DNA of 64,000 bases from Cyanophora paradoxa CCMP329 (GCA_004431415.1 QPMI01000029.1:62001-126000), one strand, 5' to 3'. Shown: positions 13,116 to 25,900, counted from the stretch's first letter. Translations and numbers: made by a program. The notes: a model not told the origin generated them from the letters alone.

Positions 13116-14465
13116 GGGCGCCCGCCTCGAGGTCCTTCCCCACTTCCTCGCGCAACTTATCGAAGCCCTCGAGAAACGCAGGCCGAACGGCGGAAAGCGG
13201 CAAGCTTTCCGACCCGCAGATGGCCTCGCTGGAAGCGGGCGTGGGCAGGAGGTGGACGACGATCCGAGAGAATGCGGAGCTGAGAAGCCGACGACGAGCG
13301 TTGCGAGATGCGGCAGCCTCGTTCGCTGCCGGGTGCCCTTTCTCGGGCTCCACGCTCATCAGCTTCTGCTGAATTTCATTCGGAGACAGGCCGCCATCAT
13401 AATCGCGGTACACCACGTGCAGAGCGCCGAATTGAGCTCGTCCTGTTAAATTTCGAGTAAGAGGAGCTTTTAAATTAGCAAACACACTAGAAAAATATTT
13501 CGATTGTAAGCACGTGCACCGTGCAACAATGTTGACATCGATTCAGCATCGAATCCTGCAGTGTCGTGTTTGGAGTGTTATTCTCGGTTTTTAGTCTAGG
13601 CATGAAGAACCTATCAGAACGCGCACCAGCTGGAGCTGCATGCGCAGGATCCGTGCGCGGGATGAACGAATCCAGCGCACGAATAGCCGCCATGACGAGG
13701 ATGGACGCGTCGTCCAGCAGCCGTGTTCTGCCGAAGTTGCACTTCCCATCGACGTTGAGCACGACTGCAGCCGAGACCGCCATCGCCACCGTCGCCAGCT
13801 GACAGTCGTGCTCCGCGCCCGCTTCTCCGAACCCTTCCACGTCAAGGTAAGCGACTGTCGTTCCGCCTTTCGTTCCGCGACCATGGCCTGAAGCTGGCCC
13901 CGCCTGATGCAGGAATGTTAAACGGAGAATTGTAAGTTGTACATAAATACGTGCAAACGTGCTGCATGCACTTTATCAAAGAATTTGTAATTATAAGAAT
14001 TCTCGAATCGAAGTAGAGCATGCGGAAGCAGATCTAGATAAGACTAGACGTGCCACGTGGAAGCATATGCATATGTAAGATCTAGATATATGCATATGCA
14101 TAGTGTATATCAGCATTATCATATGCATGCCGGTCGTATATGTACGCGTATTCGCATACCTGACCGGCGCCATGGGTCCGCGGGGACATATGCATATGCA
14201 TGTCGATGCCTCGCGTCTGTGCCCCTCTGTTGCTGACCTTGAAGATGGGCGCACTAGTACTAGTACTGCATCCCTGATCATGACCAGCAAACATGTTCGC
14301 CAGCCAGGACTTGCCCGTGCGGCACGGGCCAATGACCGAGACGATACGCAGCTGGTCGGCGGTGCATCCGCGCAAGAGTGCGAGGGCATCTTGTCTCGCG
14401 CAGAATCCAGCAGGATTGCTGGCCAGAGCGCCGGCCTCCGGAGGCAGGACCTCTATCAGTTTCAT
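11144..14465 (-). CDS. Guanylate-binding protein / atlastin-family large GTPase (multi-exon)
   Basis: IVSVIGPCRTGKSWLAN (P-loop), QTRGI (G2), YLDVEGFG (DxEG), LHVVYRD (RD motif), C-terminal E/K/R coiled coil and Gly/Phe-rich tail; short GT-AG introns. Confidence 0.85.
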
Positions 14466-15267
14466 AATGACAGCCGCTGAGCCGCGATCGCGATCGGACC
14501 GCCGCCGCGCATACACAGCCGTACTACGGTATACGTACGCGTACGCGTGATCGATATCGACCGTCGGACCGAATGCTCTGACCTAGAAGATCTGCCAGGG
14601 CTGCTATAGCTAGCGCTTAGACTGCGCTGCAGCTGGCCCAGTGAGGCTCAGGCCGCTCAGCAGCTATAGCTAGCTAGCTATAGCGCGGCGCTGCTCACTA
14701 TCGATATCACCACTGATTCACCAGTACTAGTGCCATGCATATGGCCAGGCACTGCGGCACTGCCAGGGCGGTGAGCCCGGCCAGTGTGGCAGTGCCATGC
14801 CACGGTGCCACTGGGGCCAGCTGCAGGGGTGAGCTCGAGCTACTAGACTCTGAGACTGTAGTCACTGTACTAGCCAGATGCTGCTGTGAGCCTGTGATTC
14901 GAAAATTCACGCGTACGCACTGCGGGATCCCCGGGAGTCTGCGCCGGCGGCATGTTGCATGGATCGAAGATCTAGCCTAGGCTACCAGTAGTAGATTCAC
15001 CGAGGCAGAATCACTGCCCTGCAGTGGGCCTGCACTAGTACTGCGGCACTGCGGCGCAACTTGGCAAGGCTACCGGCGCCGGTACTACTCAGTCTCAGTC
15101 TGGATCATCTGGCATGCAGCTGGCATGGATCATCATGGCATCGCCAATTCATCCGATGATCGGGCCTCCATGATCCAGCCTCATCAGGCTCCACTGGCCA
15201 GGCCAAGCTTAAGCTTAAAGTCCCTGCAGCTGAGTCCGATCGCGCCGCCGCCGCTGCGGCGATCGCG

Positions 15268-15408
15268 CCTTGAAGATCCTTGAAGATCTCGCCAGGCGCC
15301 TTGAAGATCCTTGAAAATCTCGCGATCGATATCGGACAGGCTCTAGTCCGACTCTAGTAGCCAGGCGCCTTGAAGATCCTTGAAGATCTCGCGATCGATA
15401 TCGGACAC
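15268..15408. repeat. Short degenerate direct repeats (ccttgaagatccttgaagatctcg, three copies)
   Basis: Read directly; intergenic between the divergent GBP and subtilase genes. Confidence 0.7.
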
Positions 15409-16321
15409 ACGAATCTTCGATTCATGATCCGATGATCAACGCCGCGGCGCCGATTCATCGGACATTTTATATTTTATATTTTATCAAATTCGCGCAAATT
15501 TTTAAATATCATATTATAGAACATTAAAACGCAGCACAATTTATATATTCTAGTTTCCATGCAACTTCCGGTCCGAGCCATATATAAATCGCGACGATAT
15601 TATCAAAAATAAATAATAAGGGAGTCGGAGATCGATGACGGACACTGTCTATCCGTCCGATTCTGCGAACTCGGAAGATTGCATGACGGACACCGTGACA
15701 CCGTCCGTGATGGACACCGTGACACCGGGGGGGAGGGGGGGAAGGGGGGGGGGAGGGGGAGAGGAGGAGCTCAGGTCAGGCAGGGGAGGAGTCAGACAGT
15801 CGGGCCGCGGCCGCGGGCCCTAAGCTTCATGAACTCGAACGATATCAGGCCCGCCAGTCTGAAGTCCTGGGGAAATCCGCGCCGTGGGACTCATGATCAG
15901 TGTGACTAGTACTGTGGATCCGGAGCTATATACTTTTGAAATAATTCAGATTCCCCACGGGATGAGGCCTAGCCGCCTAGGACCCGGGAATGAACGAATC
16001 CGTACGTACGTATATACGTATACGTACGGGATGCATGAGGAAAATCTCTATTATTAGTCTATATATATATAGACTAGCTATAGCGGCCCAGTGGAAGCGG
16101 CCTCATGATCAGCCTGGCCTGGCCTCGCGATCGGCCAGTATTGGTGGCGACATCAATGTAACCGTACCAGCTTTGTTGCGAAAAACGGCCCCGCGCTTAA
16201 GCTTTACTAAAAGTTAATTTCTCTCCCGGAGTCCGCTTCGCGGAGCTCGAGCCGGCCTGCAGGCTGCAGCTGCCATGGCCACTGGCCAGCGCATGTGGCC
16301 CTTCAAAGTTCAAACCTTGTA

Positions 16322-16549
16322 CCGTAAAACACAATAATATGACGGTCAAATTTATGTCGTTATAAAAACCGACGTCGACCCCGGCACGAAATTTTCAGGC
16401 TTGTATAGGGCGGTAAATTGGGGGGTAGCACTAAACACGCCCTACTACTAGGCTATGTCGTCCCCAAATTATGTCGTCATGTCAAGTTTTCGGCGACATA
16501 ATTTGGGGACGACATAATAAAGTGCAGACCTTAATATTCTGTTTTACGG
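16322..16549. mobile_element. 228-bp MITE, Tc1/mariner-type
   Basis: TA|CCGTAAAACACAATA ... TATTCTGTTTTACGG|TA (imperfect TIR, flanking TA). It has a 23-bp internal inverted repeat at 16454-16516 and is absent from the paralogous region near 6150. Confidence 0.8.
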
Positions 16550-16964
16550 TAGTGGAACCGGAGTGCGGAACAATCTGTGCGCTTTTCCTCACGTTCAAGT
16601 TCGGTGCATGCGCAACGCCGTGACGACTGCTTCAGAGTGCTTCAGTGCTTCTCCGCGAAAAAAGGCCTGAATTGAAGGCTTGACGTTTCGAACCTCCGAA
16701 TCGTTTTTTCTTTTCAACGGTTTTTTAAGTCCGACGGTCTAGCTTTTGGATAACTTTCACGTACCCCAGGTCCCCACTGCTGTTTGTTCGGAAGCCAGCC
16801 GCGCCTGGGCGCACAGCTAGCTGTAGCGCGAGAGCACCCGCGACCGAAAGCAGAAGTTTTGCTGCAGAACTAGTACTATGAATCTCGGCCGTGCGCCCCC
16901 AGCGGACGGCGCTGGCGCTGGCGCTGGCCCCGGCCGCGGGCGACGGATCCGGAGCCCGTTGACC

Positions 16965-19900
16965 ATGGCGCCCATGGTCATGCGCATGCTGGCGTGCACA
17001 GCGATTCTGCTGCTGGTGCAGACGTCGTCGTCCGTGTCGGCGCGCGAAGGCCCGAGTACTAGTGATCCGGCTGCAACGTTAACCGAAGTCGACGAGTACG
17101 TCGCACAGCCGCGGGCCGTGCCCGCCGCCGCCGGCCCCTCGGCGTTCGCTACGCTGTCAAACGTGACAGAGGGCCGCTACATCGTCGTACGTGCCGCCTC
17201 GCGCTTAGCTGCAGCCCCGGATCTCCGGCGCGCGCCGGCGCCCGCGTCCTCTGCAGCTAGCGCGCTGCAGCTGCAGCTGCAGCTATAGCTATAGCTGTCC
17301 AATCGATCCACCCACGCGGAATCGCAAGCTCGATGAACTGACGCCAGGGGCCGCCGGGCCCCCCCGCCCGGCGCGCAGCGTTTCAAGGACGACGCGGCTC
17401 GCCTCGCCGCGGGCCGCCGCCTCCGCGCCGCCGGCGCCAGCCCCAGCGCTAGCTTTCACGAGGCCGCCCACGTGCTGATCGGGCGGCTGCGGGAGCGCCT
17501 CCAGCGCGCGGCCCGGCGCCAGGTCCGTCGCGCGCATTGAGATCTAGAGTTCCGCCGGGTCCGACGGTCCGACCGTCCGTTCTGGCAGCTCCTCCGTCAC
17601 ATGGAGAGCGACGTCGCCGTGGACCACGTCTACCACGGCGTCTTCCCGGGCTTCGTAGGCCGGTGCGCCGCTCCGCGCCGGCGGCCCGCCCGCTCCCCCT
17701 TCTCGCTCCCCTCCCCCTCCGAGGCTCCCCCGCCCCTTCTCCTTCCCGGCGGTCGCCCTCGCAGCTACTTCCTCCGCTCCTCTTCTCCTTCCCAGCCTGT
17801 GCTTGCTCCCCTCCCCCTTCCCCCCCCCCCCCCCCGCTTCCTCCGACCCAAACGATAGAGACTCCATCCCTGCCTCCCCGGGGGGCCAGCTATCCCCCTC
17901 CCCCTTCCCCCCCCTCCCGCCCTCCCCCCCTTGTGGCCCACCGACCTCTCGCCCGGGCGCTCCGCCAGCCAGCCGCTGCCGCGCCTTCCCCCCCCCCCCC
18001 CCCCCCCCCGCTCCCCCTTCCCCTTCCCCGCCCCCATCGCCCCCGCCCCAACGCCCTCGCCCCCAGCCCACCTACCCCACCCTATACCCTCCCCAAGCCT
18101 GTGGCGGGGGAAGCCCACCTACCCCACCCTATACCCTCCCCAAGCCTATACCCTCTTGTCCCTTCCCCACAATCCCCACACCACACCACACCATCCTCCC
18201 CCGACCCCTCCCGCCCCGTCCCCCTTCCCCTCCTCCCCCTCCCCCCCCCTCCTCCGCCCCCCCCACCCCCGCCCACTAGTGCCCCCTCCCCTGCTCCCTA
18301 GCCTATCCCCCTCCCCCTCCCCCCTCTCCTTTGCACGTCGGCCCTCGAAGCCTCCCCTTCCCCCTCCCCTCCACCCCGAGCTCAAGTCTAACTCTCCCCT
18401 CCTTCTCGCCGCCCCCCCCCCCCCCCCCCCCATCCCCTCCCCCGCTTCCCCTCTCAACGCACCCGCCGCAGAATGTCGGCGGCAGCCGCGGCGCTGGCGC
18501 GGGGCGACCCGGCGGTGGAGACGGTCGAGGCCGACGGGGTGGCCCATCTCACCGGCTTCACCACCCAGACCAGCGGTCCGCGCTCGCGCTCGCGAATTCG
18601 AATTGCGAAGGGCCCGCCGCCCCCCTCTAGCTACAGCAGGGAGTACTGCGGCGAGGCTAGCGCTAGACCTTAGCATCTAAACTTCAATTTAACTTTGAGG
18701 ATCTACAAGAAAGCCCTATATTTAGAGCCGCGGGGCCGGGCTTCTAGCTGGACCGTCGACGTCTGCAGACGAGAGCGTGCTTAAGCTTGGCGCTGATCGG
18801 CGGGCGTGCACGTGCACGTGCGCAGCGCCGCGGGGGGTGGACTTGCTCGACAGCCTCGTCGGGGACGGGAAGTTTGCGTACGAGGCCACAGGTACGTGAG
18901 AATGTCCTTTCAGCTTCTTTCCCCCCTCCCCCCAGAGCCGTTATATTCTAGTTCTCTTCTCTTTAATTATCCCGCATTCAACTCCGCTCCTGCCGAACTG
19001 AATCCGGGCCCCGGGCCGCAGGCTGCGGCGCGAACGTCTACCTCGTCGACTCGGTGGGCCTTTCGATCGAGCCCTGCCAATGCCCTCGTTTGCTCACTAC
19101 CCCCCCCCCTCAGGGCATCAACTTCGACCTGTACCCCGCCCAATTCGGGCGCAGGGCCTCTGTGGTCTTCGACAACGTCCACGGTGCGAGCTCGAGCTCG
19201 GGTGCTCCTTGTCCCAGTGGAAGCCCAACTGCATCGCGTCCTTGACTCGGCCATGTATACGTACTCGTGCAGCCCAGGGGGACCCTTTCTTCAAGAGGGA
19301 CTGCAACGGGTGCGTCGCCTCCGCCCCTCCCCTCTCCGGCCCCCCCGCCTCCCGCCCCTCGCCCCGTGCTGGACCCCTCACTCTTCCCTCCTCCTCCTTT
19401 CCTTCCCCCGCACCCGCACTCAGGCACGGCACGCATGTGCGTTTGCGCTATCGCCCCGCGTGCTGCCGACCCGCGATCCGGGCCAAGCCTAGCCTAGCCC
19501 TCTCCCGAGGTGGCCCTGACGTGACCCGCGCGTCGCGTATGCGCAGTCCGCGAGCGTCGTCGGATCGGCCACCTACGGCGCTGCCAAGCTTGCGAAGCGT
19601 GCGCCGGCGCCCCGCGGCCGGCCCGCTTTAATTTACTCATAACTAACGCGCGTGAGTGTCGTGGGTCTGCACGCAGTTTTCGGGGTGCGTCAGCGTTGTA
19701 CATGTGACACGCGGTCACTGTATGAGCGCTCAAGCCCGATTGCAGGTCAAAGTGTTTGGTTGCTCTTCAGCGGCACCCGTTTCCGGCATGATTGCTGGGG
19801 CGGACTTTATCTTGGTGCCTATGCATCGCGCTTTCAGAGCGGATTAAAGATGAACGACAACGCGCAATTTATAATTTTGAACTCTAGATCTGTCGCAGGC

Positions 19901-22900
19901 CAACGCCCAGAAGCCGGCGGTCGCCCTTCTGCCCTTCGTCACAGACGCGTCGTCGAATTTGGACACGGCCGTAACCAAGCGCGCGCTTTGCATTCGCCTG
20001 TTGTTGTCTCGCGATCGATCTCTGATCGAAGACGCGATTATCCCGGCCCATGGCCGCCGCAGGCTAACTGACGCCGGCATCGCGGTCGTGACCGGCGCCG
20101 GGAACAATCGGGGCGGCGACAGCTGCAGGTTTTCCCCCGCGCGTGTTCCCTCGGTGCGTGCTCTGGACCCGCCGGGCATCCTTTCTCTCGATCGCGGCAC
20201 GCGATCGATCGCGACCTTCTCGTGCAGGCGATCACCGTCGCAGCGATCGATGGCTTCGGAACCCGGGAAATGCACCCCGTGAGCAACGGCGGTGCGTCTC
20301 GCAGCGACGACCTGCATTGATATTAACGGCCGCTGTGCACTCGAGAGAGAGCTCTGCAATAACATATATCGCATTCGTGGACTCGCTGTCCTTAACCGTG
20401 AAACGGCAATTAGCTGCAAAACCGCGTGCAATGATCATGACGGCGAACTTAGCGGTCGCTGCGCACTCAGTCGCCACACTTGCCCCGTAGGGGCCCCGCA
20501 CGGCGATGTGCAATACATATTAACGGCCGCTTTTACTCGCAATCGACGTCGACTCGCAGGCGCCTGCGTGGACGTCTTCACGGTCGGGGGCAACGTCACA
20601 GGCCTTGACTTCAGCAACACATCCAGAGTGGCGCAGTTCAGCGGTGCGCAACGCTCCGTCCTTCTATCTCTTAGATTATCAAAGGATCTTAAGCTTGTTC
20701 TAATCAAGCTTGCGCCCAAATATGCGCTGACTTTCGCGCCGCGCCTCATGCGACCTCTGCTTGCGCGTGCCCCGCGCTTCGGCAGGAACCAGCGAGGTGC
20801 CACCCTCTCCCCCCGTCCAATCTCCCCTTTTCTCCCCCCGATTAGGCTTAGGGCGGGCCATCCTATGCCGGAGCATCAAGCGCACCTGCAATCCCATGTG
20901 CGACGCCGTGACGTTCCTGACATGGGTGGACGAATTGCGCAGGCCGCGGCGCTGGTCGCGGGAGTGGCCGCGATGCTTTTCGAGGAAGACGCCAACGCAA
21001 GTGTGGCGCGGGTTACGAATCGTATCCTCGCCAATGTCCTCGGCGCCGTGGCCAAAGGCACCAAGGTACTTGCGAGTTGCAGTATCTGTGTCGGACCGCG
21101 ACGGGCTTTGTTGTGACGCTTTCTAATCGCATTTCCGCGCGAATTTTCGGGCCCGCAGGGTGCTCCGAACAGCCTGCTTCAGATAAAGAACCTCCTCTTC
21201 TCCACCCCGAATTTCAATCCGCGATCCGAGTGCCGGGTCTGCGTGCCCGCGTGCAAGAACGGCGGGTTCTGTGAAGGCGGCATCTGCAATGTGCGACCTC
21301 GTACCCCACCCGACCCCGCGCCGGGGCCCATGTCAACCCCGATCGAGCCTGAAACACCTGCGCAGTGCGTCCCCGGATTCCAGGGGCTGACCTGCGAGAC
21401 GTACAACCCGTTCCGCCTGCTGGAGCCTCTCCCGGGAACCGGCTTCTTTTCCGGACAGGTGAAGAACATGAAGAAGAACGAATCTCTGTACGCTTCGATT
21501 CTTCGAGTCTCTGATACGCCCCGGCGCCGCCGCCGCCGCCGCCGCCGCAGAACGTGACGGTCCGGTGGGACTACGTGGGCGTGGAGGCCCGCCAGCTGGT
21601 CACGTTCACGTTCACGACAATCCCCAGCCCCAGCATCTTCAACCCCCCGGCCCCCGTCGTGCGCACGCGCGTGCTCGTGCCGCTGAAGCGAGATAACGTC
21701 CATCAATAACGTGTCCACCGATCATTGTGTAATCCCTAAGCCTAAGATCCAGTACTAGTAATAAGATCTCGTAAAACGCGATCCGAATCGTTCGTTCGTC
21801 AAATTCGTAATGCGATGCGCGCGCAGACCGTGACGATGGCGAGGGACCTCCCCTTTGCTCAGCGCTCCTTCACCTGGACGGTACCCCCCGGGCTCGACTT
21901 CCCCATCTTCATCACGGCCCGCAGCGCGGCGCCCTTCGCCGCCGCCTCCAACTTCACCGATTTCGCGATCAGCGGCGGTCCGTGCGCCGCGCGCCGCACT
22001 GCGGCGAGCTCGTCACTAGGATACAATCCATTCGTCTTTAATTTTCATTTCGTTCCTGTTGCGCTTCGATTCCGTTGTGATTACGTCGCTTCCTTTCCTT
22101 TACTTTAGATTAGGTGCTTTTAGGGTAACGCGCCGATCGCGACTGATCGCGACGTCGACGCGGGGCTGCCAGCGTGCAACATCCCGGCGGTGGACGTGTG
22201 CGAGCGGCCCGTGATCGTTGACACGACGGAGAACCGCGTCTCCGCCTTCCCCCGCATCCGCTACACGGTCCGTCTTTGCAAGCTTTAGTTATTATTAGGC
22301 CGAGAAGCTAATTGTAAGCGGACTCTGCACAGATTAACGGGGACGCACCCGGGACCGTTCTGCGCCTCCGCTTCCCCCCCGGCCCCTCGCGGTTCGTGCG
22401 ATCGCGACAGCAAAACACGCTTCGATCGCGAATTCGAACGTGCCAATATTCAATGCGGCCCGCAGCACGATCACGCTGAGCACCTGCGGCAGCATAACCA
22501 ACTTCGCGACGGTGCCGGGCTCGAGATCGCGCCGCTCACAGAAGAGACAGAGAAGCTGAGCCGCGGCCGGCCCTCGCGCGCCGTGCAGGGCACGAACGTC
22601 CACGGCCGGTGCCACGTCTTCGCTAACACCTCCAAGCTTGCATCGGACGGCTTCGGTCGGACCTCCCCGTCAATTAAATCTTTCATGTGTTGTTCTCACA
22701 TCTGTTCCTGGGTGCGCAGGGCACGCGTCCCAGTGCCCGCCGGTGCAGGCCCCCGTGCGCCAGAACTTTGTGCAAGTGCCCCTGGACACGGACCCCGGAC
22801 CCTTCCGCGCCGCGGGGAACGACAGCGAAGTCCGCGCTGTCCCATCTTTGCCCTTCCACGACTTCTGAATTTCTGAATTTCCGATCGCATGCGCAGCTCT

Positions 22901-25900
22901 ACGTCGTCATCACTGCGACGCACATTCTGCAGCCTTCGCGTGAGCGGCTGCGCGGCAACTTCGCCCTCACCATCCGGGACCCGCTCTGCCGTTCGCGATC
23001 GGCCTGCCGTTCGCTCTGCCACGCCCGTCTCCGTTGCGCTCACGCTCTGCTCTGCGCAGCGTCGCCGCCGCCGCCGACTCCCTCCCCTACTCCCTCGCCC
23101 TCCGTCCTTGCCACGCCCACCCCCTCCCCACACATAGGGATACCCCTGATCCAAGCCCTCCGGCCTTCGGCCTACAGGCTTGGATCAGGGGTATCCCTAT
23201 GTGTGCGCGTTTTAGGCACTAAGGTAGTAAGCATTTCTTTTAGGTCTTAGGGTATTAATTACGTCTTTTGGGCACCAGCAGGGAGTGGGTAGACAGGGTA
23301 GAGGGTTGTTTGTAAACTTTCTAAGGGAAATCTCTTCTCGCGGGAATTTTTACATACAACCCTCTACCCTCTCTACCCTCTCTACCCTCTCTCATCCATG
23401 TTCAAACCTCCTCTTCTCATGGTGTAATCTCTTTTTGATCACTGCCCCAAAACCAATAGCATACTTGTTTATCTCCTCCTCCAGCTCAAAAGCAATTAAA
23501 CTTGTATTCCTTTCTGCCTGTTTTCCACAGCTGAATATATCTATTGCCAACATGCCTTGATCACTGTAGCAATGAGCAGAGCAATGGCTTTCATCTAATA
23601 ATAATACTTGGGCAAATCCAGGGGGTGATTTGGTGCCATCAAAAATCTCAGCATGTTTGTGGACAACCTGTATTCCATATTTCTTGATGATGTCTTCACT
23701 GACATTCATGAGCCATTTAGAGAGCCCCACATGGTCGCTAATTGGTTGGCTGAATTGGAAATCAAGCATCACATGGTAACCTTTGGCAAGCATTTTGATT
23801 ACCAATAGAATAGAAAAAACAATACGATTGCTGGAGATTTAAGGCAAAGGATCACTTCCTCCAATGGGATTGTATAAATTTGTGGTTAGATATTGACCAT
23901 ATCTATTTCCTCTGGCTATTTCATCATTTCTTTCAGCATACATTATCACTGTGTAAGTCCCTTGCTGGGTAGCTCTTATAATATATTGGTCATCTTGTGT
24001 GTCAAGAAGTGGCAGTGAATGGAAAGCAAGTCCGAAATTATCTACTGGGACTACTTGGACAGTAATACGGGGTCTTGCTCCATCTGTTCTTCTACATAAT
24101 GCGTAAATATCAGCAGGCAACGTCTCAGTATATCTATAGTGATTTCCCAAAGGCTCCAAAACATCAAGAACAGCAGTCTGAAGGTTGATAATGATTGTGT
24201 TGATTTTGATAATGTAAGGCTCATTCATTCCCGGGACATATGTCCTGATTCTTGTATTCAGATCATCTGGATTGGGTTGATCATTTACTAATAAAGGCGC
24301 TCCAATAATTCCACCAACCCTTAAACCATCTCCAATATAGGCACCTCCTGACCTACATTTAATTGCTCCCCTTCTTGCTTCGTAGGCAAAATTGGTTACC
24401 TTGTTATCATCATTGTAACTATCAGGATCCCCATGAAATGCGTTGAAATTCGCATTTGTTACAAGAAGTTTAGTAGTTTTAACGACCCCATTATTTTTGT
24501 CGCATCTTAACTCTTTTAGTCTTAGCATGTGAGTGTCACCAAAAGTATTTAGGGTTGGTGCTATCTCTGTGGATTCCAGACCATCTGTATTATCAATAAT
24601 AGCATGCTGTAAGACGTGGTTAGCTGGAGCAGCTAATGATAGTTGCGCTGTTAAAATGCGCTCTGGTGGTGCTGGTGCTGCCATTTACTATACTGAAACA
24701 TAATTACGGAATGGGATCATTCGGGAATGGTTCATTATAGAAATTTGATACTTGCGAATCGGGATTTATACAGTTGGCAACCGCCCATGCTGCTTCATCA
24801 TTACGATATCCAAAAATCAATATATCATAACCCCCTACCTCTGATGCCCAAAAATCGAAACTGTTTGGTTGTGTGGCAGGATTTCTTGTGATCCATCCAC
24901 GCCCACCATGGCCTACTGCTTGAACAAAGAAAGTATAACCTTCTAATCCTCCATTCTGAGAGCGACACATAGAATACATTGCCTTAGGTAAAAGCTGATT
25001 AGCCAATTTCCAAGGTCCAGCAATACCTTGGGGTTGTGTGGCATCTTGCGTATTTACATTAGCTCTAATGATACCAAAAGCATACGGGGAATCCCCGCAT
25101 GGAAGAAACATGCGAATTCTTTGGGGATTATCAGCATGTTCAGGTAAAGTGTCCGGAAAATCATTGAAGGCAGCAGAAGAGCCAAGCATTCCCGATACTC
25201 TACAGCCACCACCAATTATTGCTCCTCCTGATCTTATAACAGCAGCAGCCCTTGTATTGTCAAATTCAAATGCTTTGATATCTACACCGTACGCATCAGG
25301 TTGTCCATTTGCTGATTGAAAATTCGCATTCGTTACAAGGAGCTGAGTTGTTTTTACCACACCCGAATTTTTATCCGCGCGTAGTTCTTTTACACGAATC
25401 ATGCTGTTTTTATCAAAAGCATTACCTGAATTTGCCCGTTCTGTTGATTCCATTCCACGAATTTCATCAGACACTTCGTGTTGTCTAAAATGAATTGCTG
25501 GACTCCCCAATGCGTAAACTGGTAATTGGACTCGATTATATTCGCCCATTACCTCTTTTATTTAGAAGGATAGAAAAATAAAGCTTCATCACGGAATTCC
25601 ATATGCTGTCCAGTGAATTGTAAATGTATATGTCGTATTTGCTGTAGCAGTCGCACCAGTAAGCAAGGTAACATACACTGTGGACATGGTTGAACTTGAA
25701 TTCGATAATCCCAGTTTATAGTCAAGCGCTTGGGATGTCACAGGGGTTCCCTCCATTATTAAAGTAATGACAGGAGGTTTCGTGTTGAATGCTGGGCTCC
25801 AATTTAAAATATAAGTGGCTTCTCCACGGCTATTGGCATTCAAAGGTCCTATACTCATCTGGAAAGTCCCAGATAGAAAGCTTTGCCTGATTTCATTCCA

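Noticed and set aside
17690-18450. Long Pro-rich / Gly-rich ORFs (also 7320-7800)
   Set aside because: C-rich low-complexity intron of the subtilase gene, poorly conserved between copies and probably error-prone.
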